64,000 nucleotides of DNA from Elainellaceae cyanobacterium. GTDB lineage: Bacteria > Cyanobacteriota > Cyanobacteriia > CAZCXK01. Positions 1 to 9,490 of this stretch are shown piece by piece. The stretch is from contig JBNPEG010000048.1 in NCBI GenBank assembly GCA_051117555.1, forward strand, positions 72,267 through 136,266, in the 5' to 3' direction. Numbering within the stretch: the stretch's first letter is position 1; each line of letters begins with the position of its first letter. The notes under the pieces are model-generated. The model saw only the letters and a program-made list of their open reading frames with translations. It ran no database searches and had not been told where the DNA came from. Position numbers and translations under genes: made by a program.

Positions 1-379
1 GCTCCCAAAATACAAGTTAAAAGGACATTTTATTCCTCGTTCTTAGTCAATCAGATTGGCCTGTTGTTTAGCGACATCCTAAAGAGGCATTTTAGAGATA
101 GTTAAAGTCGCTCTTAAGAGGTATTAATGTCGTGTTAACCGAACTTAAAGCCAATAAACTTTAAGAAGGATTTCAAAGAAATGTCATGCTATTTATGCTA
201 TTCCAATATGATTCTTAGCTTAGAAAAAAATCACGCTTTTTATAATATTTGCAATACGTCTAAAGATACATTTTTCTACTAATCATTTCGTTCTGTCTTG
301 TGACAGATAGATTTTAGGAACCCCTACTGCTAATCTGAATATTGAGAAAGTACGCTTCAACACAACAAGGTGGAATATT

Positions 380-562
380 ATGGGTTTAGAAGATAGAGCG
401 GACGCTGTAAAGAAAAATATTGAGGGTAAGGTTCAGGAGGTGGCTGGAGAAGTCACCGGTGATCCAAAGGATCGCGTTGAGGGACAAGCTAAGCAGGCTG
501 AAGCTGAAGCTCAGCATACTGTTGAGAATGTCAAAGACGAAGTTAAGAAAAAGATTGATTAA
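380..562 (+). CDS. CsbD family stress protein
   Basis: 60 aa, EGKVQEVAGEVTGD..EGQAKQ pattern; GGTGG RBS; paralog at 41137. Confidence 0.9.
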   Translation: MGLEDRADAVKKNIEGKVQEVAGEVTGDPKDRVEGQAKQAEAEAQHTVENVKDEVKKKID

Positions 563-588
563 TTAAAGCTGCATCTTTGCCTATTGAA

Positions 589-620
589 AGGGGATTGGAT
601 TCACCGCAATTCAATCCCCA
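589..620 (+). terminator. Putative intrinsic terminator after csbD
   Basis: GGGATTGGATT..AATTCAATCCCC hairpin followed by T-rich tract. Confidence 0.55.
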
Positions 621-706
621 CTGATATTTTTATGATTCTTCTGAAGCTTTATTTCTAAAGTGGTGTAGTCCAAGTATCAATAAACAGTATTGCAGAGATG
701 CTCTGA

Positions 707-807
707 TACCAATTCTTCGAAGTAAGGCTACCCATGAACAGGCTAGAACCCTTGCAAGGCCGGTGGCCGTCAATCCAAAATCGCAAATCCAAAATTGAGA
801 ATTGGTA
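707..807 (+). mobile_element. MITE family A copy 1
   Basis: TIR TACCAATTCT/AGAATTGGTA, flanked by TGA on both sides, CAAAATC-type heptamers inside; near-identical to 42628-42728. Confidence 0.85.
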
Positions 808-820
808 TGAGAGGTTTCTG

Positions 821-922
821 CTAGTTGACTGACAGAACTTTTTATAGCGGCAATTGTAGACGCATAGCGTCTTCGTTAGAAGAAACAACCGCCAGCCTCC
901 GAAGCGTTTGTCAGTCAATCAG
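821..922. mobile_element. Small MITE-like element (TTGACTGACA ends)
   Basis: Inverted ends CTAGTTGACTGACAG / TTTGTCAGTCAATCAG. Confidence 0.55.
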
Positions 923-928
923 GAGGTC

Positions 929-1143
929 TATGTTGCCTGAGCGACTAAAATAATTTGATGGAGACGTTTTCCTGCAGAATGCTACGCGAACGCGCTGTAT
1001 GTCGCTTGCGAAATATGGGTTCCAAGTCCTGCTAATTGCTTGAGTCCGTGGGAGTCTGCGAATGCGCACGTTTTCGGGCGTGGTTTACCCTTCGAGACGC
1101 CACAACGCATCTAAAACCACTACACCTGTTTCAAAACACCCTC
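929..1143. mobile_element. Degenerate copy of MITE family C
   Basis: Shares TGTTGCCTkAGCGACTAAA, TGTCGCTTGCGAAA, GAGTCCG and the terminal AAAACAyCCTC with the reverse complement of 23338-23532. Confidence 0.6.
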
Positions 1144-2416
1144 ACAACTGATGTCTGAGCAACAAACTGCATTGGCCTAAGAAACGATGCCAGAGCGGTC
1201 GTTGCTGCCATCGTTGACGAGTAATCGCCTGACTTCTAGAAAACGCTAACTCAAAAAACTGCTCTATCTTTTGAACTAGCCCTGCGTCTTTAGTTGATAA
1301 GTTGAGTTCATCATTGTGAAAAAAGCTGCGCGAATCAAAATTTGCGCTCCCAAAGCTTATCCAACTGTCGTCAATCAGAATTGTTTTACTGTGCAACATG
1401 CTAGGTTGATACTCAAAAATTTGAATTCCTGCTTCTAACAAGTCTCGATACATCTCTCTTGATGCGTAATAGACGTAGGATTTATCTGTGCAGGCACTCA
1501 TCGTTAAGAGTCTTACATCTACGCCCTTTTTTTTGCAGTGCAATAGTCCCTTGCGAAAGTCATCATTTGGCAACAAATATGGACTCGCTAACCAGAGTCG
1601 CGTTTGGGCTGAATAGGTCAGAGTTTGTAATAGGGAACGAACAGACGAATCTCGTAGAGTGGGGTCTTCTCCTGATGTAATGAGGGTATCAGAATCATGG
1701 TTGGTAAATGCCTTAAAGGTTTTTCCTTCAAGATCGATGACCCCTCCGGCATCCAGCCAATGTTGCAGAAAAATGCCTTCTAGGAAGGCAGCCGTCTCAC
1801 CTTCAAAACATACTTCGAAATCTAGCCAGGGCATCCCTTCCTTTGAGGCTTCTTTGCCGTCCCACATATCAGAAACGCCTGCACCGCCAATGAGAACTTT
1901 GACCTGATCGATGAGTAGTAATTTGCGATGGGTGCGATCAAGGTAGTCAAAGGGCGATCGCCAATCAAACGGATTGAAGAACCGCACTTCGATGCCAGCA
2001 CTCCGCAAGCGTTTCCAATAGCTATTTGGAATTGATTTGGTGCCGTAATGATCAACAACAAGCTGGATGTTAACACCTGCCTCGGCTTGTTCGATGAGTG
2101 CATCTGCGAAGTCTGATGCTCGTCTGCCGGGTGTCATGATAAAAGTCTCAAACTGAATTGAGCGTCGAGCTTGACGAATTGCAGTCAAGCGAGCGTTAAA
2201 GATGGCATCAGCTTCTAACCAAAACCCGGTAATTCGACCCTGCGTTCTAAATGAGTCTGATAGGCTTGCTAAGGTCAGCGTAAATCCTTCATCAGCAGGA
2301 TTGGGAAGGCGTTGCAGGCTATAGGAACGGCGACGACGAAAGAAACCCTGCGCATACAGGGTGAGAAAGCAACTGATACCTGCAATCAAGGCGATAGTAG
2401 CAATCAGCGTTAGCAT
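1142..2416 (-). CDS. Phospholipase D family / cardiolipin synthase-like
   Basis: Two HKD motifs (HRKLLLID, HSKTILID..GSANFD), N-terminal TM. Confidence 0.9.
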   Translation of the reverse strand: MLTLIATIALIAGISCFLTLYAQGFFRRRRSYSLQRLPNPADEGFTLTLASLSDSFRTQGRITGFWLEADAIFNARLTAIRQARRSIQFETFIMTPGRRASDFADALIEQAEAGVNIQLVVDHYGTKSIPNSYWKRLRSAGIEVRFFNPFDWRSPFDYLDRTHRKLLLIDQVKVLIGGAGVSDMWDGKEASKEGMPWLDFEVCFEGETAAFLEGIFLQHWLDAGGVIDLEGKTFKAFTNHDSDTLITSGEDPTLRDSSVRSLLQTLTYSAQTRLWLASPYLLPNDDFRKGLLHCKKKGVDVRLLTMSACTDKSYVYYASREMYRDLLEAGIQIFEYQPSMLHSKTILIDDSWISFGSANFDSRSFFHNDELNLSTKDAGLVQKIEQFFELAFSRSQAITRQRWQQRPLWHRFLGQCSLLLRHQL

Positions 2417-2567
2417 AAAATTCTTCCAGAGTAGAATTCATTGTTAACTCAAATATCTAATTTGAGCCTAATATAATGAACTCTATTACTAACGTGTATT
2501 GCATCACGCTAATGATGGACGTGACGTTGAGCGCAGATCCAGCGGCGTTTACCAGAAAGCCCACAGG

Positions 2568-3179
2568 TTAAGATGAGGGGCGATCGCCCAGGGTTAATAA
2601 TCGCAGCAACATCAGCCCTGTCAGAACACCGTAAGCGGCCCACCCCAGCCCGGCGACGATCCCGACCAGGATGCTCGGTAAGGAGTAACAAATCGCAGCA
2701 CAGACGGCGGCACTGGTTCCACCTTTCACGGCTCCGGCGATCGCACTGGCTACAATCCAGAGGCCAACGGTTCGAGCTGGAGACTGCGTGTGTTGTCTGA
2801 GTACCAATCCTTGGGCGATCGCCATGCCTGATATCGGAATTGGCCCCGTGACAATATTGAGCCAGAAAACCTCCCACAGCCCCAGGTGATTCCAGAGAGT
2901 TTCTACAATCGGGCGATAAAAGGAACCGCTTAGAGTCAAAATCAGGCTACCGGCAATCCAGCCGATGGTGCTGGTAAGGGGCCACCACTGAACACGCTGC
3001 ATCACCTGGCGCAGAACAACCCATTGCAGGCTACCCACAATCGCCCCAGCCCAAAAAAGGGTGGCGGCAAACTGCATCCCGTTCTCTTCCAGAAACCCCA
3101 CGATAAATCCGCCGAGGAGGGTAGCGAGAACCCATCTCAGCAGAAATCGACTTCGGTGTAACGAGGTTTCTTTCTGCAT
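2568..3179 (-). CDS. Hypothetical multi-pass membrane protein
   Basis: 203 aa hydrophobic ORF with repeated W..W/GAIVG..QW..LR segments. Confidence 0.75.
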   Translation of the reverse strand: MQKETSLHRSRFLLRWVLATLLGGFIVGFLEENGMQFAATLFWAGAIVGSLQWVVLRQVMQRVQWWPLTSTIGWIAGSLILTLSGSFYRPIVETLWNHLGLWEVFWLNIVTGPIPISGMAIAQGLVLRQHTQSPARTVGLWIVASAIAGAVKGGTSAAVCAAICYSLPSILVGIVAGLGWAAYGVLTGLMLLRLLTLGDRPSS

Positions 3180-3387
3180 GGCAATGTTACGCAGTCATGA
3201 TATCAATATACCGGGGCAAAAGAATGCCCAAGCCCTCACTATTCTATGATTTAGCTAGTCATTAGGGAGGCGATCGCTATTCCACACCTATGATAGTGGA
3301 GAAATGCGATCGCGTTAGGGTGAGAACCGGATGCTGTTTAAATTACTCTAAACAACATCAACCTACTCGTGAGATGGGGTTACAAAA

Positions 3388-4086
3388 ATGCAAACGACTC
3401 AAGAGGTTGCTCTGATTATTGGAGCGGGAGAGGGTCTTAGTGCGTCTTTGGCCCGCTTGTTTGCTCAAGAAGGAATGAAAATTGGATTAGTTGCTCGTGA
3501 CATCGATAAACTAGAAGCGCTCTGTAACGAACTAGGAGCAGAACGGTTCAGTTGTGATGCTTCTCAAACAGATGAAGTTCGGCAGTTATTTGATGAGGTA
3601 GATTCTCGTCTGGGTTCACCAGATGTTGTAGTCTATAACCCCAGCTATCGAACCCGTAGTGCCTTCATTGATCTCAATGCTACCGATGTAGAGAAGGCAT
3701 TGGCAGTTACTGCGTTTGGTGGATTTTTGGTAGGACAGCAGGCATCCAAGCGAATGGTGCAAAGAGGGCACGGTACCATTTTGTTTACCGGAGCGTCTGC
3801 CAGTGTGAAAGGATACCCAAAGTCTGCAACCTTTGCGATGGGTAAATTTGCGCTAAGAGGGTTGGTGCAGAGTATGGCGCGAGAACTCGCTCCCCAAAAC
3901 ATTCACGTTGCCCACTTCGTCATTGATGGTGCCATTCTTCCACCCGGACACGAAAACCCGCCTGATAATCCCGATAGTTTTCTTGATCCCGATGCGATCG
4001 CCCAAAATTATCTGCATGTCTTGCGCCAGCATCGAAGCGCCTGGACGTGGGAAGTAGAATTGCGTCCTTGGGTTGAGCGGTTCTAA
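3388..4086 (+). CDS. SDR family oxidoreductase
   Basis: GAGEGLSA Rossmann motif, TGASASVKG, FAMGKFALR. Confidence 0.9.
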   Translation: MQTTQEVALIIGAGEGLSASLARLFAQEGMKIGLVARDIDKLEALCNELGAERFSCDASQTDEVRQLFDEVDSRLGSPDVVVYNPSYRTRSAFIDLNATDVEKALAVTAFGGFLVGQQASKRMVQRGHGTILFTGASASVKGYPKSATFAMGKFALRGLVQSMARELAPQNIHVAHFVIDGAILPPGHENPPDNPDSFLDPDAIAQNYLHVLRQHRSAWTWEVELRPWVERF

Positions 4087-4115
4087 ACCCTCCTTCCCAA
4101 AATGCTGACTATTTC

Positions 4116-4814
4116 CTAGTATGCGCCGCGGCAGGTTATTACAGCACGAATTGTCTTAAGGATTAATAGGATGTCATAGACGACAGACCAGTTCTTTTGG
4201 TAGGCAATATCCATTTGCACCATGTGCTCAAAATCTGACTCTTGAGAGCGACCGTTTGCCTGCCATTCACCCGTAATTCCTGGTTTGACTGATAAGCGCT
4301 GATAGTGGTGGCTCTCGTAATTCTCGACCTCGTCGAGGGTCGGGGGGCGAGTCCCAACCAGGCTCATATCACCCTTCAGCACGTTCCAAAATTGAGGGAA
4401 TTCATCTAGACTCGTCTTTCGCAAAAAACGACCGACACGAGTTACGCGCGGATCATTCTTGCTCTTAAAAATATTGCCCTTTGCCTCATTCGGAACCAAG
4501 TGCTTGAGTCGCTCCGCGCCAACCACCATTGACCTAAACTTCCACATTCTAAACGTCTGTCCGTTTAGCCCACAACGAAGCTGGATGTAGAAGAGAGGTC
4601 CTGGATTATCGAACTGGTTGGCGATCGCCACGATGATTGTGACCGGAATCGTAATCATCAGCCCAATTAGAGCACCCACGACATCTATGATGCGCTTAGA
4701 CTTACTCGTTACAGACGGATGTATGCTGCCTGAGAAGGCAAGAGTTCTATCAAAATCCGCCAACATAGAAGAATGAATTGCTGTAGTTGCAGAAAAATCA
4801 GAGGTCGTAATCAT
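4116..4814 (-). CDS. Bacterial sugar transferase (priming glycosyltransferase)
   Basis: KFRSM, DPRVTRVG.FLRKTSLDE.PQFWNVLKGDMSLVG.RP, KPGITG; start placed at ATG 4814 behind AGGAG. Confidence 0.9.
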   Translation of the reverse strand: MITTSDFSATTAIHSSMLADFDRTLAFSGSIHPSVTSKSKRIIDVVGALIGLMITIPVTIIVAIANQFDNPGPLFYIQLRCGLNGQTFRMWKFRSMVVGAERLKHLVPNEAKGNIFKSKNDPRVTRVGRFLRKTSLDEFPQFWNVLKGDMSLVGTRPPTLDEVENYESHHYQRLSVKPGITGEWQANGRSQESDFEHMVQMDIAYQKNWSVVYDILLILKTIRAVITCRGAY

Positions 4815-5174
4815 GATTTGACACTTACTCCTAATATCAGTCAAATCAACAGGGGGAAATCAACAAGGCAAGTCAAGAAGACAAATCAACAAGAGGGGGC
4901 GGCTTTCTGCAAATATACGGGTAAGCAAAGCAGCAACGATAGGGAAATTGCGGAGATTCGTTCAATCTTTGAACTCGGCACCTGTTTTATGAAGCTCCCG
5001 ATAAAGTTCTGAGACCAGACTCCAAACCCCATCCGTTCAAGCCATTGCTCTAGTTTATTTCAGGTTCATATCTGCTTTATCCGCAATTTCATTGATAAAG
5101 TTTCAGCAGAAATACGGAAATGCATCGTCCATCCAAGACAAAAGCCAGGTGCGATTTTACACCTGGCTGTCTTA

Positions 5175-5280
5175 TACCCATTCTCGATTTTGGATTTTGG
5201 ATTTTAGATTGGCGGGCAAAAGCGCTGAAAAAGTCCCAACCCTGCCTGTTTATCTGTGGCCTTTGTTTAAAGAATTGGTA
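5175..5280 (-). mobile_element. MITE family A copy 2 (inverted, diverged)
   Basis: TACCCATTCT...AGAATTGGTA flanked by TTA/TTA; GATTTTG heptamers. Confidence 0.8.
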
Positions 5281-5297
5281 TTAAGCTGGCAAAGAAA

Positions 5298-6506
5298 TTA
5301 GCTCTGATTGGGAAATGGTTCCGGTTGAGCGACAACAGTTTGGGCTTGCCCATTCCGCTTCAATTCGAGGTTCAAATCGTTGCCAATCGGGCTGTCAGAT
5401 ACGAGTGCCTGAACCTCTTCGGACGTCGATACAGTCTGACCATTAATGGTCTGGATTACATCACCGCTTTTCAAGCCTGCTTTCGCGGCGGGTGAATTGC
5501 GAGCAACGCCAACGATTAATACTCCCCTGTCTTCGCTGATATTCAAACCGCTGTTTGGGGTGTTGTTAATCTGCTGGATAAGTTCTGGAGTGAGCGTTGC
5601 CATTTGAATGCCCAAATAGGGGTGGTCTACGCGCCCAGTGGCAATGAGCTGACTGGCAATATCTTGAACCGTATTAATTGGAATGGCGAATCCGATACCC
5701 TGAGCGCCTTGAATGATAGCGGTATTGACCCCAATCACCTCCCCGCGCTCGTTAAGCAGGGGGCCTCCTGAATTGCCTGGATTAATGGCCGTATCAGTCT
5801 GGATGAAGTCCACTCGTTTGTCGGGTACGCCTACTTCACCGCCAGTACGCCCGGTCGCGCTGATGATTCCAGCCGTGACCGTATTATCTAAGCCCAGCGG
5901 GTTGCCAATGGCGATCGCCCACTGCCCTGGACGAATCTGATTTGAGTCGCTGAGGGTCACCGTCGGCAACTCATTGGCCTCAATTTGTACGACGGCAATG
6001 TCGGTAATGGGATCAGCCCCTAAAACCGTTCCTGCGAATGAACGACCATCTTTAAGCGTTACGTCAACGGTGTCTGCCCCGGCTACCACATGGGCATTCG
6101 TGATGATATGTCCGTCGCGATCCATCACAAACCCCGAACCCACACCCCGCTGAATGCTTTCTGACGGCGCATTGGGAATCTGTGACCCAAAAAATCGGCG
6201 GAGGAACGGATCAAATTCGGGCGTTTGCACGGCCACCGTTCTGGATGCGTCAATTCTGACGACGGCTGGACCAGCCTGATCAACAACCTTGCTGATGAAG
6301 TCAGAATTCGTAGCTGGGGCGACGCTCGACGGGGCTGCCTGCGCTATGGACGTTTGCCCCTGAACAGCGTCAGAAACTGCCGAATCAACACGAGAATTAA
6401 TTCCCCCGGTCAAATAGTTACCTGTTGTTGCAATTCCGGCGCCGACCAGAGCAAATGAAAGATAGGTTAATGATTTTTTCCAACTATTTAGGCTATGGTA
6501 TGTCAA
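5298..6506 (-). CDS. HtrA/HhoA-HhoB family serine protease with PDZ domain
   Basis: TNAHVV, DIAVV, GNSGGPL triad motifs and C-terminal PDZ; likely TTG start at 6506 after AGGGAG (ORF track extends to 6710). Confidence 0.92.
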   Translation of the reverse strand: MTYHSLNSWKKSLTYLSFALVGAGIATTGNYLTGGINSRVDSAVSDAVQGQTSIAQAAPSSVAPATNSDFISKVVDQAGPAVVRIDASRTVAVQTPEFDPFLRRFFGSQIPNAPSESIQRGVGSGFVMDRDGHIITNAHVVAGADTVDVTLKDGRSFAGTVLGADPITDIAVVQIEANELPTVTLSDSNQIRPGQWAIAIGNPLGLDNTVTAGIISATGRTGGEVGVPDKRVDFIQTDTAINPGNSGGPLLNERGEVIGVNTAIIQGAQGIGFAIPINTVQDIASQLIATGRVDHPYLGIQMATLTPELIQQINNTPNSGLNISEDRGVLIVGVARNSPAAKAGLKSGDVIQTINGQTVSTSEEVQALVSDSPIGNDLNLELKRNGQAQTVVAQPEPFPNQS

Positions 6507-6846
6507 CTTTATTCGGCTCCCTGTATTCAGTATTTTGCAAATCAATGTTTGGCAAATCATGACGTTTGTGCTGCACTGCGGTTTAGCCGAACGCAGAAAG
6601 CTCCTCTCACCGCGAAAGCACGTCAATTTACCCATTATGTTTAAGATAAAGAACCGAAATGACGCTGTTATGACTCCGATATGACAGCTTAACGACGATT
6701 TAACCAACAAGTAGATCTACTCATCAAGAGAGAGAGGCATCTCTCCCTTTTGTCGGGTGGTTTGTGATCGGCAAGTTGTTAACTTTTATAAAGAAGGCAT
6801 GAAACACAGTCTTTTTTGACGATGAGAACGCATTAGGAGGTTCTCT

Positions 6847-7320
6847 ATGACTTACTTAACCGATGATGCTGTAAAGCAGCCACTAGAAGCATTTCGAGGC
6901 TTCGAGGTTGACACTCAGTTAGCCCTGCTTTGGTATGCCTATGAAGAAATTAAGGGCAGTCTGACTCCCTCCCCTACCAACGATGTTGAAGGAGTTGCAT
7001 CAGCAGTTTTCGATCGCATTAAGGCGATGTCGAAAGAGAATCAACTGCAAGCTCAGCGCGATATTGCTAGCAAGGCAAATACCGAAATCAGCCGCGAATA
7101 CGGCGTGTTGAGCCCACCTGCAAAGCTTGAAGTCTGGCTGCTGCTTGCACAAGGCATTGAGAATGGCACCATCATTGATGTGCCTTCTGATTATCAAGCT
7201 CCGTCAGAAGCGAATGAATTTTTGAATCAGTTCAAGAATTTAGATTTTGAGCAGCAAATCAACTTCATCCGCAATGCGGTTACAAGTTTGGGCTTAGATG
7301 TTAGTCAAACTCCTGTGTAA
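6847..7320 (+). CDS. Orange carotenoid protein N-terminal domain protein (helical carotenoid protein)
   Basis: QLALLWYAY, QLQAQRDI...TEISREYG.LS, LDFEQQINFIRNAV; AGGAGG RBS. Confidence 0.88.
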   Translation: MTYLTDDAVKQPLEAFRGFEVDTQLALLWYAYEEIKGSLTPSPTNDVEGVASAVFDRIKAMSKENQLQAQRDIASKANTEISREYGVLSPPAKLEVWLLLAQGIENGTIIDVPSDYQAPSEANEFLNQFKNLDFEQQINFIRNAVTSLGLDVSQTPV

Positions 7321-7343
7321 GGCGATCGCCCTTCACACCGATA

Positions 7344-7451
7344 AGATGGCATCGAGAACATAGATAACTGTTAATACTCGATGCTATCTAGAAGCCAAGG
7401 TGCTAGATTCAAAGAACATTGCTAGATAGCAACGTCTTGAATCTAGCACCT
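7344..7451. terminator. Two tandem long hairpins
   Basis: AGATGGCATCGAG/CTCGATGCTATCT (7344-7389) and AGGTGCTAGATTCAA/TTGAATCTAGCACCT (7398-7451). Confidence 0.55.
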
Positions 7452-7499
7452 ATTTGAGTTGATACAAGCCGTTGGTTTACGCTCGGAAGTTGTCTCATT

Positions 7500-8297
7500 A
7501 TGCTACTCCGCACCATCCCCGGAGGACGAATCTGCATCACTCAGCCTGCTCATGCGTGGGTATCGGGGCAGCTAGCGCGGGCGTGGGGCAACACCGATCA
7601 AACTGGCACATTTTCTCCATGGAGAGATGTGTGCCTTGCAGCCGAACAGCATGATATTGGCTGGCTGTCGTGGGAGGCCACCCCTCAACTCAATCCCGAA
7701 ACGGGGTATCCGTATCACTTTACGGAGCTTCCAATCCCGACTCACATGGGGATTTGGTCAGATGCTAAACGGCTCTCCCTATCGTTGGGTCGATACGTAT
7801 CGCTTTTGGTGTCGCTGCATGGAACGGGACTCTATGAGCGGTTTACGAGTTGGCAGCAGTCGAGCGATCGCCACCTAGTTGAAAAATTTTTACATGACGA
7901 GAAAGCCTATCAACATGAGCTAGTGGGCTTACTCAAAACAGACGTCTACTATGAATCCTCTGTCTCTCGGTCGGTGATTGAGCGCAACCGTCAGTTGATT
8001 GCCACGTGGGACTGGCTTTCTATTCTTATGTGCATTGGGTTTGAGGGCTCTAAACAGGTGCCCGACGTGCCCATGACCGAGGGCGTTCAAACCTTGACGC
8101 TAACGTCGATTCCATCTAGCTCGAAGTCAGATGCCGAGTTCATTACAGTAACTCCCTGGGTATTTCAGGATGACTCGGTTAGCCTCAAGGTTGAAGGACG
8201 AGTTCTCTACGAGGCTCAATCTAGCGACGCAGCAATGCGGCAGGCTTTAGATGAAGCATCATGGGCAACGCTTAATATCGTGCTAACACCTGGCTAG
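7500..8297 (+). CDS. DUF3891 family protein
   Basis: ITQPAHAWVSGQLARAWG, AAEQHDIGW, LLVSLH. Confidence 0.8.
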   Translation: MLLRTIPGGRICITQPAHAWVSGQLARAWGNTDQTGTFSPWRDVCLAAEQHDIGWLSWEATPQLNPETGYPYHFTELPIPTHMGIWSDAKRLSLSLGRYVSLLVSLHGTGLYERFTSWQQSSDRHLVEKFLHDEKAYQHELVGLLKTDVYYESSVSRSVIERNRQLIATWDWLSILMCIGFEGSKQVPDVPMTEGVQTLTLTSIPSSSKSDAEFITVTPWVFQDDSVSLKVEGRVLYEAQSSDAAMRQALDEASWATLNIVLTPG

Positions 8298-8315
8298 ATC
8301 CTGATTAAATCCTGA

Positions 8316-9422
8316 CTAAATAAGGCGATCGCCCGTTTGCGGATCAAACACAAAGGCGCGGTCTAAATCAATGACCAAATGGAGGCGATCGCCTACCCGC
8401 ACTGACGTATCCGGTGGTAATTGCACATTCATAAGAGATGGGTTTTGATTCATTTCACCTGGCACCTTCGCGCGAATCAAAATCTCTTTGCCAAGCGGTT
8501 CTACCAAAATGACATCTACCATGAGCTGCCCGGTTCTACCCTGAGCAGCGAGTTGGAGATGTTCGGGACGAATCCCTACATGAATCGGGCGATCGGTATA
8601 GGGCTTTAAGCACTCCCAAAATCTATCTGGGCAGGGAATCGATTGCCCTTCAAGCACTAACATTTTGTAAAACATCGTGTCGCGATATACGCCTGACAAG
8701 AGATTCATAGGCGGGCTTCCCAAAAACGTTGCCACCATTTGATTAGCAGGGTGAGCATAGACCTCCTGTGGCGGCCCAATCTGCTGGATGCGCCCTTGAT
8801 CAATCACAACAATTTGGTCGGCAAGGGTCATTGCCTCAATCTGGTCGTGGGTCACATAAATGGTTGTAATTCCTACTGTTTGGTGAAGCTGCTTGAGTTC
8901 AGCGCGGGTTTCTTCTCGCAACTGGGCATCTAAATTGGACAGAGGCTCATCTAATAGAAACACCTGGGGCTGGCGGGCGATCGCCCGCCCCAAGGCCACT
9001 CGCTGCTGCTGCCCACCGGATAGTTGTCCAGGCTTTCGGTGGAGCAACTGATCGATATTGAGCGATTTGGCAACCAGCGTGATGCGATCGTCAATGGTTT
9101 TGCGATCGGCCTGCCGCATTCGCAAGCCAAAGGCAAGATTTTGAGCAACGGTCATGTGGGGATAGAGCGCATAATTTTGAAACACCATCGATACATCACG
9201 CTGGCGAGCTGGAATAGTGTTGACGAGGCGATCGCCGATGTAAAGATTGCCAGAAGTTGCCCGATCTAGACCTGCAATGGTGCGAAGAATCGTAGACTTA
9301 CCGCAGCCTGACGGCCCCACTAAGACCCAAAATTCTCCATCGGGGACGCCGAAGGTAATGTCATCAACAGCGATTGTTGTCCCAAATGAGCGTGTAATAT
9401 GTTCGAGATAAACCTTTGCCAC
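8316..9422 (-). CDS. Sugar ABC transporter ATP-binding protein (MalK/UgpC type)
   Basis: GPSGCGKS, VFQNYALYPHM, LSGGQ, DEPLSNLD, TOBE-like C-terminus. Confidence 0.92.
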   Translation of the reverse strand: MAKVYLEHITRSFGTTIAVDDITFGVPDGEFWVLVGPSGCGKSTILRTIAGLDRATSGNLYIGDRLVNTIPARQRDVSMVFQNYALYPHMTVAQNLAFGLRMRQADRKTIDDRITLVAKSLNIDQLLHRKPGQLSGGQQQRVALGRAIARQPQVFLLDEPLSNLDAQLREETRAELKQLHQTVGITTIYVTHDQIEAMTLADQIVVIDQGRIQQIGPPQEVYAHPANQMVATFLGSPPMNLLSGVYRDTMFYKMLVLEGQSIPCPDRFWECLKPYTDRPIHVGIRPEHLQLAAQGRTGQLMVDVILVEPLGKEILIRAKVPGEMNQNPSLMNVQLPPDTSVRVGDRLHLVIDLDRAFVFDPQTGDRLI

Positions 9423-9490
9423 GCGATGATGTTAATAGGGTTGCCATTGGTTAGATTACAGAATTCTGCTGAATTCGAGAACAATTACCT

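Noticed and set aside
655..918. 87-aa ORF (also 5092-5301 and 23347-23619)
   Set aside because: These run through MITEs and heptamer repeats; they are spurious translations.
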